This document shows positions 11,001-19,553 of a stretch of DNA of 64,000 bases, piece by piece. Numbering within the stretch: the first letter of the stretch is position 1; every line of letters starts with the position of its first letter. The notes beneath the pieces are model-generated. The model was not told where the DNA came from and ran no database searches. It saw only the letters and a list, made by a program, of their open reading frames with translations. The position numbers and the translations under genes are program-made. Location: NCBI GenBank assembly GCA_045593405.1, contig JAZNWN010000001.1:22926-86925 (forward strand). The letters are read 5' to 3'. This stretch comes from Clostridia bacterium. GTDB lineage: Bacteria > Bacillota > Clostridia > TANB77 > CAG-508.

Positions 11001-11240
11001 ACTTTTATAGTAGGATTGTGTGCAGGAGTACTTGGAATTTTAACTACATTGGTTTTACTTGTTCCAATTAATTCTATAATCCATGCAGTTACAAATAATA
11101 TGGATATTATAGCAGTACTTCCAGTGCAAGGTGCAATAACATTAGTAATATTAAGTGTAATTTTAACATTAATTGGAGGAATAATTCCATCAAGACAAGC
11201 AGCAAAAAAAGATCCAGTAATAGCATTAAGAACAGAATAA
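8073..11240 (+). CDS. fused ABC transporter ATP-binding/permease protein (MacB/FtsX-type) with a very large extracytoplasmic domain
   Basis: N-terminal Walker A GPSGSGKTT, LSGGQMQRVAIARAL signature and Walker B ILLADEPTGALD. C-terminal four-TM FtsX-like domain. About 600 aa lie between the first TM and the FtsX module. Confidence 0.85.
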   Translation: MLQIKNISKQYKTGDLVQNALNDVSLNLRDNEFVSILGPSGSGKTTLLNIIGGLDRYDKGDLIINNVSTKHYKDRDWDSYRNHTIGFVFQSYNLIPHQTVLANVELALTISGISKKERKRRALEVLEKVGLKDQAHKKPNQMSGGQMQRVAIARALVNNPDILLADEPTGALDTETSVQVMELLKQVANDRLVIMVTHNPELAEEYSTRIVKLRDGKIIGDTNPFNPDIKNLKKPEYKNLGKSSMSIFTALSLSLNNLLTKKGRTILTSFAGSIGIIGIALILSLSTGFQNYIDKIQEDTLTSYPLTITAETADTTSMLLSMVSESEEEVKEGNVKEQQHIANMFSKIGTNDLRTFKSYLEENTKEVDGMVSLVQYNYSVSPLIYTKYTENKITRLNPSTMLSAMSGGSTEMMSTMGVSISVFNEMVDDRQMLESQYKVLQGTWPENFDEAVLILPEENSISDLLLYSLGLRDSKELESMISNIMEGKEAQNTSSPLEFTYEELMNIPLKLLNATDTYKYNEKYQVYEDMTQDEEFMNDVYENAIDLKIVGIICPDSSNGASLMSGVGYTKELTEYIINQASESEIVRKQLANEDINVFSNKRFDDESNESTIDFDDLVTIDTEMLSSAFGGNISEEDISNMTEGYMNEISLAITTDTSKAQNTFNNTLVTITTNMLRDYITNNQVAGVATITLNDVETVVNEYMASEASKELLAKLESEYLIPQDTFSSMYSEFIKGFLNQYITMMAQDKEKPSAFLVADAVEGMVTAFSQQEMVLEASRTISAKMTEATMQKTILSKVGELTGKLMQNMASAFNVDESKIASAFQFNLDEEELQRLFQAMSSSNTVKNASSNLISLGYQDINEPTSMEFYFKNFDSKELFLDFLEDYNNKMEAEDDEKVIKYTDITGILMSSVKVIVDSVSYVLIAFVSISLIVSSIMIGIITYISVLERTKEIGVLRAIGASKKNISSIFNAETFIVGLCAGVLGILTTLVLLVPINSIIHAVTNNMDIIAVLPVQGAITLVILSVILTLIGGIIPSRQAAKKDPVIALRTE

Positions 11241-11268
11241 AAATTTCCTATATTTTATTATAAACTTT

Positions 11269-11293
11269 GTAGGGGTCGGCCTTGGTCGACCCG
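11269..11293. repeat. REP-like short unit (GTAGGGGTCGGCC-TTG-GTCGACCC), doubles as terminator
   Basis: GTAG-prefixed GC hairpin followed by GCTTTTTA. Located 29 nt after the ABC gene stop. Confidence 0.8.
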
Positions 11294-11307
11294 CTTTTTA
11301 TAAAGAT

Positions 11308-11336
11308 TTGCCTTTTTATGGAAAATATTGTATAAT
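11308..11336 (+). promoter_or_regulatory. sigma-A type promoter (TTGCCT-N17-TGTATAAT)
   Basis: Extended -10 with TG. About 110-nt leader before the 11451 ORF. Confidence 0.5.
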
Positions 11337-11450
11337 AATTATGTTAATCTAAAAAGATTAAATTTATACTTTTTAGTAAGGCATAATTATGCTTTAATGT
11401 GTTAGCTTTGAAAAATTTTAATCTAATATAAAGGAGAGATTAGTCAACTA

Positions 11451-11981
11451 ATGGATTATTTGAATAAACGGTTATCAAATGCAGAGGCATTAGGAATTGC
11501 TAATGATTTGTTAAAAGCATTTAACATTTTATATAATGCAATTGAAATGAGGGTAGCTAGTTCTGTTCAAGGAAAACATCAAACTATTAGAAAAGTTTTT
11601 TGTAATTTAAAAAGCATAGAACCAATTAGAATAGAAGAACAAATAATTAATTACGATAATTCTAATAAATATCATTTAGATAATGTCTATGAACTTTATT
11701 GGAAAAATCGTAGATTTGTGGCAACTATTTACGTTTCACCTGAAGAATGCGGATATTATTCGGTATTACCTAATTATTGTGAATTGGATTATTATTTGTG
11801 TATTATCGAAGAAAAGAATCCCTTAGGTTATATGAAAAATCAGATGTGCTTTGGATTTGATTTTGAAAAGAAGGTATTTCTAGAATTATTTGATATTGAT
11901 TATCGTTCATCATATGACGGAATCATTTATAGTGCAGAGGATTCTGTAGAATCCAGACTTCAGGGAACAATTATTATTTAA
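11451..11981 (+). CDS. hypothetical protein (no recognisable family)
   Basis: RBS AAGGAGAG. Followed by hairpin terminator near 11993-12030. Confidence 0.6.
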   Translation: MDYLNKRLSNAEALGIANDLLKAFNILYNAIEMRVASSVQGKHQTIRKVFCNLKSIEPIRIEEQIINYDNSNKYHLDNVYELYWKNRRFVATIYVSPEECGYYSVLPNYCELDYYLCIIEEKNPLGYMKNQMCFGFDFEKKVFLELFDIDYRSSYDGIIYSAEDSVESRLQGTIII

Positions 11982-12192
11982 GCTAACACATAGAAAACCG
12001 TACCTATTATATATGGGTATGGTTTTTCTATTTTAAATTTGCAATAATTATAGTATAAAAATTATTGTAATATAATAAAAATTTATTAGGAATTTTAAAA
12101 TTAAAAAATATTTATAAAAAACATTGACAATAAAAAAACAAAATAGTATTATTGTATTATGCAAGTAATACAACAAAGAAAGGAAAGTAATT

Positions 12193-12558
12193 GTGGAATA
12201 TATTTTTGATAATGATAGACCAATTTATATTCAATTAGTAGAAAAATTAAGGCTTGAGATAGTTTCTAATAAGCTAAAACCGGGGGAGAGAATTCTGTCT
12301 GTAAGAGAGCTAGCACTTGAGGCAAGAGTTAATCCTAATACAATGCAAAAGGCTTTAGTTGAATTAGAAAATGAGGGCCTTATTTATACTGAAAGAACAA
12401 ACGGAAAATTTGTAACTACAAACAAAGAACTAATTGAAAAAATAAAAAAAAAATTGGCAGAAGAAAAAGTTAATAATTACCTTCAAGACATGAAAAATAT
12501 AGGTATAAACTATAAAGAAGCAATTAACTACTTGCAAGAATTAGGAGGAGATAAATAA
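12193..12558 (+). CDS. GntR family transcriptional regulator (YtrA-like)
   Basis: winged HTH segment ILSVRELALEARVNPNTMQKALVELENEGLIYT. GTG start after AAAGGAAAG RBS. First gene of a GntR-ABC operon. Confidence 0.8.
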   Translation: MEYIFDNDRPIYIQLVEKLRLEIVSNKLKPGERILSVRELALEARVNPNTMQKALVELENEGLIYTERTNGKFVTTNKELIEKIKKKLAEEKVNNYLQDMKNIGINYKEAINYLQELGGDK

Positions 12559-13253
12559 TGGAATTATTAGAATGTAAAAATCTATGTAAAGAATTCGACA
12601 ATAAACCAGTTTTACAAGATATTAACTTGAAAATTCCAAGAGGAAAGATAATAGGTCTTTTAGGTAAAAATGGTGCAGGTAAAAGTACATTAATTAAATT
12701 GATAAATGATTTATTAACACCAACCAGTGGCGAAATACTAATTAATGGAGAAAAACCAGGAATAAAATCAAAAGAATTAATAGCTTATTTACCAGAAAGA
12801 ACATATTTAGATAAAGAAATGACAATTAAACAAGTTATTAAATACTTTGAAGAGTTTCATAAAAACTTTGATTCTCAAAAAGCAATTAAATTGTTAAAAG
12901 ATTTAGATTTAGATATTAATAAAAAAATATCAAAAATGTCAAAAGGTATGCAAGAAAAACTTCAATTAATACTTGTAATGAGTAGGAGTGCAGAACTTTA
13001 TATTTTAGATGAACCATTAGGAGGAGTAGATCCTGCAACAAGAGATTACATTTTAGACACAATACTTTCTAATTTTAGTGAAGGCGCAACTGTAATAATA
13101 TCAACACATCTAATTGCAGATATTGAAAGAATATTAGATGAAGTTATTTTTATGGATAAAGGTAAAATAATTTTAACATCTTCAGCAGATGATTTAAGAA
13201 ACAAGGAGCAAACATCAATAGATGAAATATTTAGGAGGTATTTTAAATGTTAG
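12558..13253 (+). CDS. ABC transporter ATP-binding protein
   Basis: Walker A GKNGAGKSTL, signature MSKGMQEKLQL, Walker B YILDEPLGGVD. Start overlaps GntR stop (ATAATGG). Confidence 0.9.
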   Translation: MELLECKNLCKEFDNKPVLQDINLKIPRGKIIGLLGKNGAGKSTLIKLINDLLTPTSGEILINGEKPGIKSKELIAYLPERTYLDKEMTIKQVIKYFEEFHKNFDSQKAIKLLKDLDLDINKKISKMSKGMQEKLQLILVMSRSAELYILDEPLGGVDPATRDYILDTILSNFSEGATVIISTHLIADIERILDEVIFMDKGKIILTSSADDLRNKEQTSIDEIFRRYFKC

Positions 13254-14038
13254 GAAAAGTATTAAAATATGATTTAAAATGGGTATATAAAGTTGTTGGA
13301 GTTTTTTATATTTTAGCATTTATTTTTTCTATTATAGGTAGAGGATTAAATGAAATTGAAAACTCAGCTTTATTTTCTTTAATAGCAAAAATAGCATTTG
13401 GATTTGCAATAAGTATGATGGTAAGTAGTTTAATAAATTGTTTAATGAGATTATGGGCAAGGTTTATTAAAAATATGTATAAAGATGAATCATATCTTAC
13501 ACATACAATTCCAGTGCCAAGAAAAACAATATATGTGTCAAAAGTGCTTGCAGCATTAATAACTATTTTTACAACTACAATTGTTGCTCTTGTATGTTTA
13601 TATATATGTTATTATTCAGAAGCAAATATGGAAATTTTAAAAACATTACTTGAACTTGCCGCTTCTACTTATAACACAACAGTAGTAAAATTGTTGTTAT
13701 TAATTACAGTAGTAATATATTTAGAAGTAATGTTTATGGTATTAATAGGTTATACAGGAATAATATTAGGATATAAATCAAACCAAAATAAAATGGTAAA
13801 AACATTAGTATATTCATTTATATTATATATGGTAACACAAGTAGTTACCTTAGTAGTAATTTATATTTTTGGATTATTTAATCCAAGTGTAATGAATATA
13901 ATTAATACAACAGATATCGTAAATATAGATGCAATTAAAAATGTTATGTATGTTGGTATTGCAACTTATGTTGCTTATATAATTTTCTATTATCTTTTAG
14001 GAAAAAAACAACTTGAAAAAGGTGTTAATGTAGATTAG
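13247..14038 (+). CDS. ABC-2 type permease / integral membrane protein
   Basis: Six predicted TM helices. Translationally coupled to the upstream ATPase. Confidence 0.7.
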   Translation: MLGKVLKYDLKWVYKVVGVFYILAFIFSIIGRGLNEIENSALFSLIAKIAFGFAISMMVSSLINCLMRLWARFIKNMYKDESYLTHTIPVPRKTIYVSKVLAALITIFTTTIVALVCLYICYYSEANMEILKTLLELAASTYNTTVVKLLLLITVVIYLEVMFMVLIGYTGIILGYKSNQNKMVKTLVYSFILYMVTQVVTLVVIYIFGLFNPSVMNIINTTDIVNIDAIKNVMYVGIATYVAYIIFYYLLGKKQLEKGVNVD

Positions 14039-14118
14039 ATTTGATTTTCTAATGTAATCGTGTTAAAATAGTAAAGTATTTCCTTAAAGGGAAATAAATT
14101 AAAATAGGAGACGTTGTT

Positions 14119-14292
14119 ATGGACAGACTTAAAGGAATCGAAAAACAGATGGAACAAAGCAAAGTACAAATTGCAGAAGTGCAACGAAAATTTAGAGAAG
14201 GATCTATTTCTCCGGAAGAGGTTTTTCCTCAATGCATGAATGCGTTGGAAAAAATCGGAGAAGCGATTCGGAAGGCACAAAAACAAAGTTAA
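14119..14292 (+). CDS. small hypothetical protein (57 aa) with GC-enriched, atypical codon usage
   Basis: TAGGAG RBS 10 nt upstream of the ATG. Contains CCG/GCG/CGG/CGA codons that are rare elsewhere in the window. Absent from the ORF track, which shows only a minus-strand ORF here. Confidence 0.5.
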   Translation: MDRLKGIEKQMEQSKVQIAEVQRKFREGSISPEEVFPQCMNALEKIGEAIRKAQKQS

Positions 14293-14306
14293 TGTTCAAA
14301 CAGCAA

Positions 14307-14338
14307 AGAAGACAGTATGCAATTGCATACTGTCTTCT
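14307..14338. other. perfect 14-bp-stem palindrome (AGAAGACAGTATGC-AATT-GCATACTGTCTTCT) without U-tract
   Basis: Seen directly in sequence. Lies just after the small ORF and is not followed by a T-run on either strand. Confidence 0.7.
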
Positions 14339-14404
14339 ACTAAAATCATGATAAAAGTATAATTAACTATTGAAAAAAATATATTTTAAATATAAAATAA
14401 AAAA

Positions 14405-14462
14405 TGTAGGGGCGGACTTCCACGTCCGCCCGAGGGCAGGGGTGGAACCCTGCCCCTACAAA
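14405..14462. repeat. REP-like two-hairpin element, identical to 1921-1977
   Basis: TGTAGGGGCGGACTTCCACGTCCGCCCGAGGGCAGGGGTGGAACCCTGCCCCTACAA. Confidence 0.95.
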
Positions 14463-14519
14463 CGAAATACAAAATATATGCAAGGGGTGAAATCCCAGCA
14501 TTGCAAAATAGGAGAAAAA

Positions 14520-15761
14520 ATGGAACCAATTGAAATAATAAAAGAAAAAGCAAAATATTGTTTGAATTGTAAGCATAAACCATGCCAGAAGGCATGCCCT
14601 ATGCAAACTGAAATTCCTCTTTTTATAGAAAAACTAAAAGAAGGAAGTATTGAAGATGCATATAAAATATTATTAGATAATAATATTTTTAGTCCGTTAT
14701 GTAGCGCAATTTGCCCACAAGAAAATCAATGTGAGGGAAGTTGTACAAGAGGAATTAGAAGTAATCCAGTTGATATTGGAAAATTAGAATATTGGCTGAA
14801 TGTTTATGCAAAACAAAATGGAATAGAATATAATATTAAGCACACTGAAAAAAACAACCATTTAGTTGCAGTAATTGGCTCTGGACCTGCTTCTTTGTCA
14901 TGTGCATATGAATTAGCAAAAGCAGGAGTAAATGTTACAGTATTTGAAAAGGAAAATGAATTAGGGGGTATTTTAAGATATGGAATACCACAATATAGAC
15001 TAGATAAAGAAGAATTAGATAATACAATTAATAAAATATTAAGTTTAGGAATTAAAGTACAAACTAACTGTGAATTTGGAAAAGATATAAATATAAAAAA
15101 TTTAAAAGAACAAGGATATGAGGCGATTTTTATTGGAATTGGTGCAGGAGAACCTACAATATATTCATTATGTGACGAAAAATTAAAAGGAATTTATGCT
15201 TCTGACTATTTTTTAAAAGAGTATAATCAAGGCAAGAAAATAGAAAATTTAGGGAAAACTGTTGTAATAGGTGGCGGAAATGTTGCTATGGACTGTGCTA
15301 GAACTGCGAGTAGATTAGGTGCAGATGTATCAATTTTGTACAGAAGAAGAATAGAAAACATGCCTGCTAGAAAAATAGAAATACAGGAAGCTATTGAAGA
15401 CAATGTAAAAATTATTCCATGTACTAAAGTAATTAGTGCAAAAGGTAAAGATGGAGTTATAGCAGAAATAGAATGTATAAAAACTGAAGTTGTAGATGGA
15501 AAAGCAGTTGATTTAGAAAATACAAACTATAATATGAAAGTAGATACATTTATTTTTGCAATAGGATTATCACCAGAAAAACAATTATTAGAAAAAGAAG
15601 GAATAGTAATAGATAAAGGACTAATAGTAATAGATGAAAAAGGTAAAACAAACCTAGACAATGTTTATGCTGGAGGAGATGTAACAGAAAGCAAATCAAC
15701 AGTATGTCGAGCAATAGCAGCAGGGAAAAAAGCTGCAAAAGGAATATTAGAAAGTTTATAA
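14520..15761 (+). CDS. NAD(P)H-dependent oxidoreductase, glutamate synthase small-subunit (GltD/SudA) family
   Basis: N-terminal Fe-S cysteine motifs (CLNCKHKPCQKACP, CSAICPQENQCEGSC). Dinucleotide-binding motifs VAVIGSGPA and VVIGGGNVAMD. Start placed at ATG 14520 after the AGGAGAAAAAA RBS. Confidence 0.85.
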   Translation: MEPIEIIKEKAKYCLNCKHKPCQKACPMQTEIPLFIEKLKEGSIEDAYKILLDNNIFSPLCSAICPQENQCEGSCTRGIRSNPVDIGKLEYWLNVYAKQNGIEYNIKHTEKNNHLVAVIGSGPASLSCAYELAKAGVNVTVFEKENELGGILRYGIPQYRLDKEELDNTINKILSLGIKVQTNCEFGKDINIKNLKEQGYEAIFIGIGAGEPTIYSLCDEKLKGIYASDYFLKEYNQGKKIENLGKTVVIGGGNVAMDCARTASRLGADVSILYRRRIENMPARKIEIQEAIEDNVKIIPCTKVISAKGKDGVIAEIECIKTEVVDGKAVDLENTNYNMKVDTFIFAIGLSPEKQLLEKEGIVIDKGLIVIDEKGKTNLDNVYAGGDVTESKSTVCRAIAAGKKAAKGILESL

Positions 15762-15772
15762 ATTTATAAGGT

Positions 15773-15800
15773 GTAGGGGCGCATGGTTGCGCCCCTTTTT
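15773..15800 (+). terminator. REP-like short hairpin acting as terminator (GTAGGGGCGCA-TGGT-TGCGCCCC-TTTTTTT)
   Basis: GTAG-prefixed GC hairpin plus T7 run immediately after the stop. Confidence 0.8.
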
Positions 15801-15877
15801 TTAAAAGAATGCAAATTAAATCATATAAATTATAAAAACTACACATAATATTATTAAAAACATGTGGAGGTTTTAAA

Positions 15878-16000
15878 ATGAGTGAAAAGAAAGTAGATAA
15901 AATAAAAAAGAAAAATGAGAAAAAGACTAAAAAGGACATAAAAGAAAACTATAAAATGGGAATAGAATATTATGAAAAAGTTGAGGATAAGAAAGAATAA
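15878..16000 (+). CDS. small lysine-rich hypothetical protein (40 aa)
   Basis: GGAGGT RBS 7 nt upstream. Encodes MSEKKVDKIKKKNEKKTKKDIKENYKMGIEYYEKVEDKKE. Not in ORF track. Confidence 0.35.
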   Translation: MSEKKVDKIKKKNEKKTKKDIKENYKMGIEYYEKVEDKKE

Positions 16001-16067
16001 ATATATTGCTTATTAAGTAATTGAAATATATTGAGAAAAGATGGACGTCTAAGAAAAACAGCATTAA

Positions 16068-16105
16068 CTTGGTGGAGATTCGTAAATACGAATCTCCACT
16101 GTTTT
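16068..16105 (+). terminator. rho-independent terminator
   Basis: GGTGGAGATTCG-TAAATAC-GAATCTCCACTG followed by TTTTATTTT. Confidence 0.8.
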
Positions 16106-16185
16106 ATTTTAAAATATTCATTGTAAAAAAATAAGTGTTATGATAGAATAATCATAATAAAAATATAGATACAAGGAGTAATAAA

Positions 16186-17079
16186 ATGAGTTTATGTTTA
16201 AAAAATGTATCAAAATCATTTGTAGGAAAAAAAGTAGTAGATAATGTTTCTTTTAGTTTGGATAAACCTGGGGTATATGGTTTACTTGGAACTAATGGAG
16301 CAGGAAAAACTACAACAATAAGAATGTTACTTGGAATTATAAAAAAAGACAGTGGAGAAATTACTTGGAAATGTAAAGCTGTAGATAGAAAAAATGTAAA
16401 TTTTGGATATTTGCCAGAAGAAAGAGGAGTGTATCCTAAAACAAAAATATTTGATCAATTAATGTATTTTGCTGAATTAAAAGGCATGAAAAAACAAGAT
16501 GCCACAAATTTGATTAATAAATGGGCAAAAGAACTTAAAGTTGAAGAATACTTGCAAATGCCAGCTGAAAAATTATCAAAAGGAAATCAACAAAAAATAC
16601 AATTTATGACTGCAATAATACATAATCCAGAGTTAGTTGTTTTAGATGAACCTTTTAGTGGACTAGACCCTGTAAACACAGAAATATTGAAAAATATAAT
16701 AATAGATTTAGTAAAAAACGGAAAATATGTAATAATGTCAGCACATCAAATGTCAACAATTGAAGAATTTTGCAAAGATATTTTAATACTAAATAAAGGA
16801 AAGACTGTATTACAAGGTAATTTAAAAGAAATAAAAGAATCTTATCCTGCAAATAGAGTAGAAGTAGATGTAAATCAAGATATAAGAAATTATATTGAAG
16901 AGCTTGACTTAAAAATAGAAAACGAAACTAATAATAATTATATAATAAAAATATCAGATGAAGAAAAAGCACATATTCTTTTAAATAAATTAATACAAGA
17001 TGGAATTAGAGTTGATAAGTTTGAGATAAAGAAACCAACCCTAAATGACATATTTATTGAAAAAGTAGGAAATATGTAA
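16186..17079 (+). CDS. ABC transporter ATP-binding protein (ABC-2/NatA-like)
   Basis: Walker A GTNGAGKTT, signature LSKGNQQKIQF, Walker B VLDEPFSGLD. Confidence 0.9.
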   Translation: MSLCLKNVSKSFVGKKVVDNVSFSLDKPGVYGLLGTNGAGKTTTIRMLLGIIKKDSGEITWKCKAVDRKNVNFGYLPEERGVYPKTKIFDQLMYFAELKGMKKQDATNLINKWAKELKVEEYLQMPAEKLSKGNQQKIQFMTAIIHNPELVVLDEPFSGLDPVNTEILKNIIIDLVKNGKYVIMSAHQMSTIEEFCKDILILNKGKTVLQGNLKEIKESYPANRVEVDVNQDIRNYIEELDLKIENETNNNYIIKISDEEKAHILLNKLIQDGIRVDKFEIKKPTLNDIFIEKVGNM

Positions 17080-17136
17080 TGTAGGGGCAAGGTTCCACCC
17101 TTGCCCTCGGGCGGAGATGGAACTCCGCCCCTACAA
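17080..17136. repeat. REP-like two-hairpin element between the ATPase and permease genes of one operon
   Basis: TGTAGGGGC-AAGGTTCCACCCTTGCC-CTCG-GGCGGAGATGGAACTCCGCC-CCTACAA. Stems differ from the 1921 copy by compensatory changes, while the loops TTCCAC and ATGGAA are retained. Confidence 0.9.
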
Positions 17137-17164
17137 ATACATTATAATAGAAAGGAAGAAAAAA

Positions 17165-18388
17165 ATGAAAGATATAATAACAGTAATGAAATTTACAATA
17201 AAAGATATGGTAAAAAGAAAATCTTTTATCATTTCGACTTTAATTATTTTATTATTAATAGTTGTTGGATTTAATATACCAAATATAATAAAAAGTTTTA
17301 GCGGAGAAACTTCAGGAGATAAACTTTTAATAGTAGATAATGAAAATATTTTTGAGGGTAACCTAGAATTGCTAAAACAAATGGATTTAGGCTATGAAAT
17401 TGAAATAAGAAATGCTACTTTTGATGAAATAAAAACAAAAATAGAAAATGATGAAATATATGATGCAATAATTATAGAAAAACAAGATAATAATGTGAAA
17501 ATAAGATACATAGTAGAAAGTACAACTATGATGGAAGGTGTTCCAGAATCAATAATAAATACAATTAATACTTTGTATACTAATATTCAAATTAGTAAGT
17601 TAGGATTAACAGAAGCGGAACTACAATTAATCACACCAAATTTTGAATTTATCTTAGAACAAACAGAAGAAGAGGAAGCAAGCGGAAATATTTTAGTTAT
17701 GATGCTTATGTCAATTGTCTTGTTCTATGCAATATATTTTTGTGCTTACCAAGTATCAAGTTCAATAACAACAGAGAAAACTTCAAAAATAATGGAAACA
17801 CTTGTAACATCTACTAGTCCAAGGACAATAGTATTAGGAAAAACTATTGGAATAGGTATAGTAGGTTTAATACAAATGATTGCAATTGTAATAACCGCTC
17901 TGATAAGTGCAAAAACATTTTTAGATCCAGAAATATTAAATAGTGTATTAGATATGTCAAATATCACATTGTATTTAGGAATAATTACTATAGTTTATTT
18001 TATACTAGGATATTTTGCTTATGCTTTATTATATGCTTTAACAGGTTCAACTGTAAGTAAACCAGAAGATATACAATCAGCAAATCAACCAGTTGCTTTA
18101 ATAACAGTAGCAGGTTTTTACTTAGCATATTTTACAATGATGAATCCGACAAGCGAATTAAATTTACTTGCATCATTACTACCAATATCTTCACCATTTT
18201 GCATGCCATTTAGAATTATGATGGGCTTAGCAACTGGAACTGATGTTGCTTTATCAATTGCAATTTTAATAGTCACAATATTGCTTATAGCAAAAGTTGC
18301 AATAAAAATATACTCTAATGCAATTTTAAATTATGGTACAAAAATGGGAATAAAAGATATAATAAATATGTATAAAGAAAGAGGATAG
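17165..18388 (+). CDS. ABC-2 family transporter permease (NatB-like)
   Basis: Six TM helices. Start at ATG 17165 after the GGAAGAAAAAAA RBS. The ORF-track start at 17117 reads through the REP element. Confidence 0.8.
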   Translation: MKDIITVMKFTIKDMVKRKSFIISTLIILLLIVVGFNIPNIIKSFSGETSGDKLLIVDNENIFEGNLELLKQMDLGYEIEIRNATFDEIKTKIENDEIYDAIIIEKQDNNVKIRYIVESTTMMEGVPESIINTINTLYTNIQISKLGLTEAELQLITPNFEFILEQTEEEEASGNILVMMLMSIVLFYAIYFCAYQVSSSITTEKTSKIMETLVTSTSPRTIVLGKTIGIGIVGLIQMIAIVITALISAKTFLDPEILNSVLDMSNITLYLGIITIVYFILGYFAYALLYALTGSTVSKPEDIQSANQPVALITVAGFYLAYFTMMNPTSELNLLASLLPISSPFCMPFRIMMGLATGTDVALSIAILIVTILLIAKVAIKIYSNAILNYGTKMGIKDIINMYKERG

Positions 18389-18403
18389 TTATATAATATT
18401 AAT

Positions 18404-18438
18404 GAAAACTCTCGCACTTAATTTAAGTGCGAGAGTTT
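18404..18438. terminator. bidirectional hairpin terminator
   Basis: AAAACTCTCGCACTTAA-TTT-AAGTGCGAGAGTTTT. Confidence 0.8.
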
Positions 18439-18446
18439 TTGGCATA

Positions 18447-18725
18447 TTAATCATCAATATTTTTGTTTTGTTTTTCAATTTCAGGTTGAGGTGGAAAGTG
18501 AACTCCCAAAAGAATACCTCCCTGTATAAAAACTGCACAAATCGTAAGAGAAATGATAATAATTATTCCAACTCCTACAAAAGAAGTAGGAACATTATTT
18601 ACTATATAGACCCCTTTCCAATAATTGTGGTAAAGGTACAGTAAGCTTGTGAGAATAATAAGTGCAATTACGATTCCGATGATGAGCTTTTTTTCTAAAG
18701 AAATATGCCGTTTTTCTTTTTTCAT
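18447..18725 (-). CDS. small membrane protein (2 TM), unknown function
   Basis: AGGGAG RBS before the ATG giving MKKEKRH. The ORF-track start further upstream lacks an RBS. Confidence 0.55.
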   Translation of the reverse strand: MKKEKRHISLEKKLIIGIVIALIILTSLLYLYHNYWKGVYIVNNVPTSFVGVGIIIIISLTICAVFIQGGILLGVHFPPQPEIEKQNKNIDD

Positions 18726-18953
18726 AAATATACTCCCTTCATTAATTAATGAGATGTTTTTATATATATGTGAACTCCCAAAGGAGATTATAAAGATTAA
18801 CATAAATATTATAACATGATTTTATGATGTTTGCAAATAATAAAAATATAGGGGCTTGGGCTTGATACGCTCGAATTAATTAAGACAATAAAAAAGGATC
18901 GAAAAAGACGATCCCTGTAGATAATTTATAAATTTAAATTATATTAAGTATAG

Positions 18954-19553
18954 TTATTTTAATAATTTTACTACAATTTGTATTACTTCATTTTCCATAT
19001 TTTCATAATTAATTCTACTATGTCTATGATAAACAACTTCATGGCATAAATTTTCAATAACACCAATTGCTATATGTATTTTTTCAATTGGATTTTCAAT
19101 TTCAATATTATTGTATTTTAAAATATCAACTATTTTATTTGTCATTTTAATTTCAGATTCTTTGAATATATTTGCAACATCATCATCTAAATGTGACATA
19201 GCCATTAATTCTTCATGAGCCTTTTTAGAAATGTTATGATTTTTAATAAAACTATCTATCATATTTTTTAATAATTTTTCTATATTATCTATTTTTATTT
19301 TTTCACTTTCAAGAACTGTAAGCATAGGGAACATTATAGTATTTGAATAATTTTTTACACCTTCAATAAAAATATCTTTTTTATCGTTAAAATATTGATA
19401 AATAATTCCAGTTGAAACTCCAGCCGCTTCAGCAATATCTGGAGTAGAAACATTGTAATAGCCTTGTTCACACATAAGCTCAAAGCCTTTTTCAATTATT
19501 CTATTTCGCTTTTCAATTGATCTTTTTTGAGTAGGCATTCTAGTATCAGGCAT
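18954..19553 (-). CDS. TetR/AcrR family transcriptional regulator
   Basis: N-terminal HTH segment RIIEKGFELMCEQGYYNVSTPDIAEAAGVSTGIIYQYF. Start at the ATG giving MPDTRMP, after a GAGGTG RBS. A minus-strand terminator hairpin lies at about 18893-18925. Confidence 0.85.
   Translation of the reverse strand: MPDTRMPTQKRSIEKRNRIIEKGFELMCEQGYYNVSTPDIAEAAGVSTGIIYQYFNDKKDIFIEGVKNYSNTIMFPMLTVLESEKIKIDNIEKLLKNMIDSFIKNHNISKKAHEELMAMSHLDDDVANIFKESEIKMTNKIVDILKYNNIEIENPIEKIHIAIGVIENLCHEVVYHRHSRINYENMENEVIQIVVKLLK

Noticed and set aside
14035-14286. 83-aa minus-strand ORF in the ABC-permease/gltD spacer
   Set aside because: No RBS. The + strand carries a better-supported 57-codon ORF with a canonical RBS at the same place.
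14307-14338. Perfect palindrome as intrinsic terminator
   Set aside because: No U-tract follows on either strand, so it is listed only as a palindrome of unknown role, not as a terminator.
14370-14519. Long N-terminal extensions of ORF-track genes at 14370, 17117 and 44403
   Set aside because: The extensions translate straight through the GC-rich REP-like palindromes and lack an RBS. Internal ATGs (14520, 17165, 44446) have good RBSs and match family N-termini.
18847-18870. Possible degenerate REP-like unit (ATAGGGGCTTGGGCTTGATACGCTCG) downstream of the TetR gene
   Set aside because: Lacks the GTAG prefix, a clean stem and the CCCCTAC end. Similarity is too weak to call. The adjacent hairpin (about 18893-18925) is an ordinary minus-strand terminator for the TetR gene.
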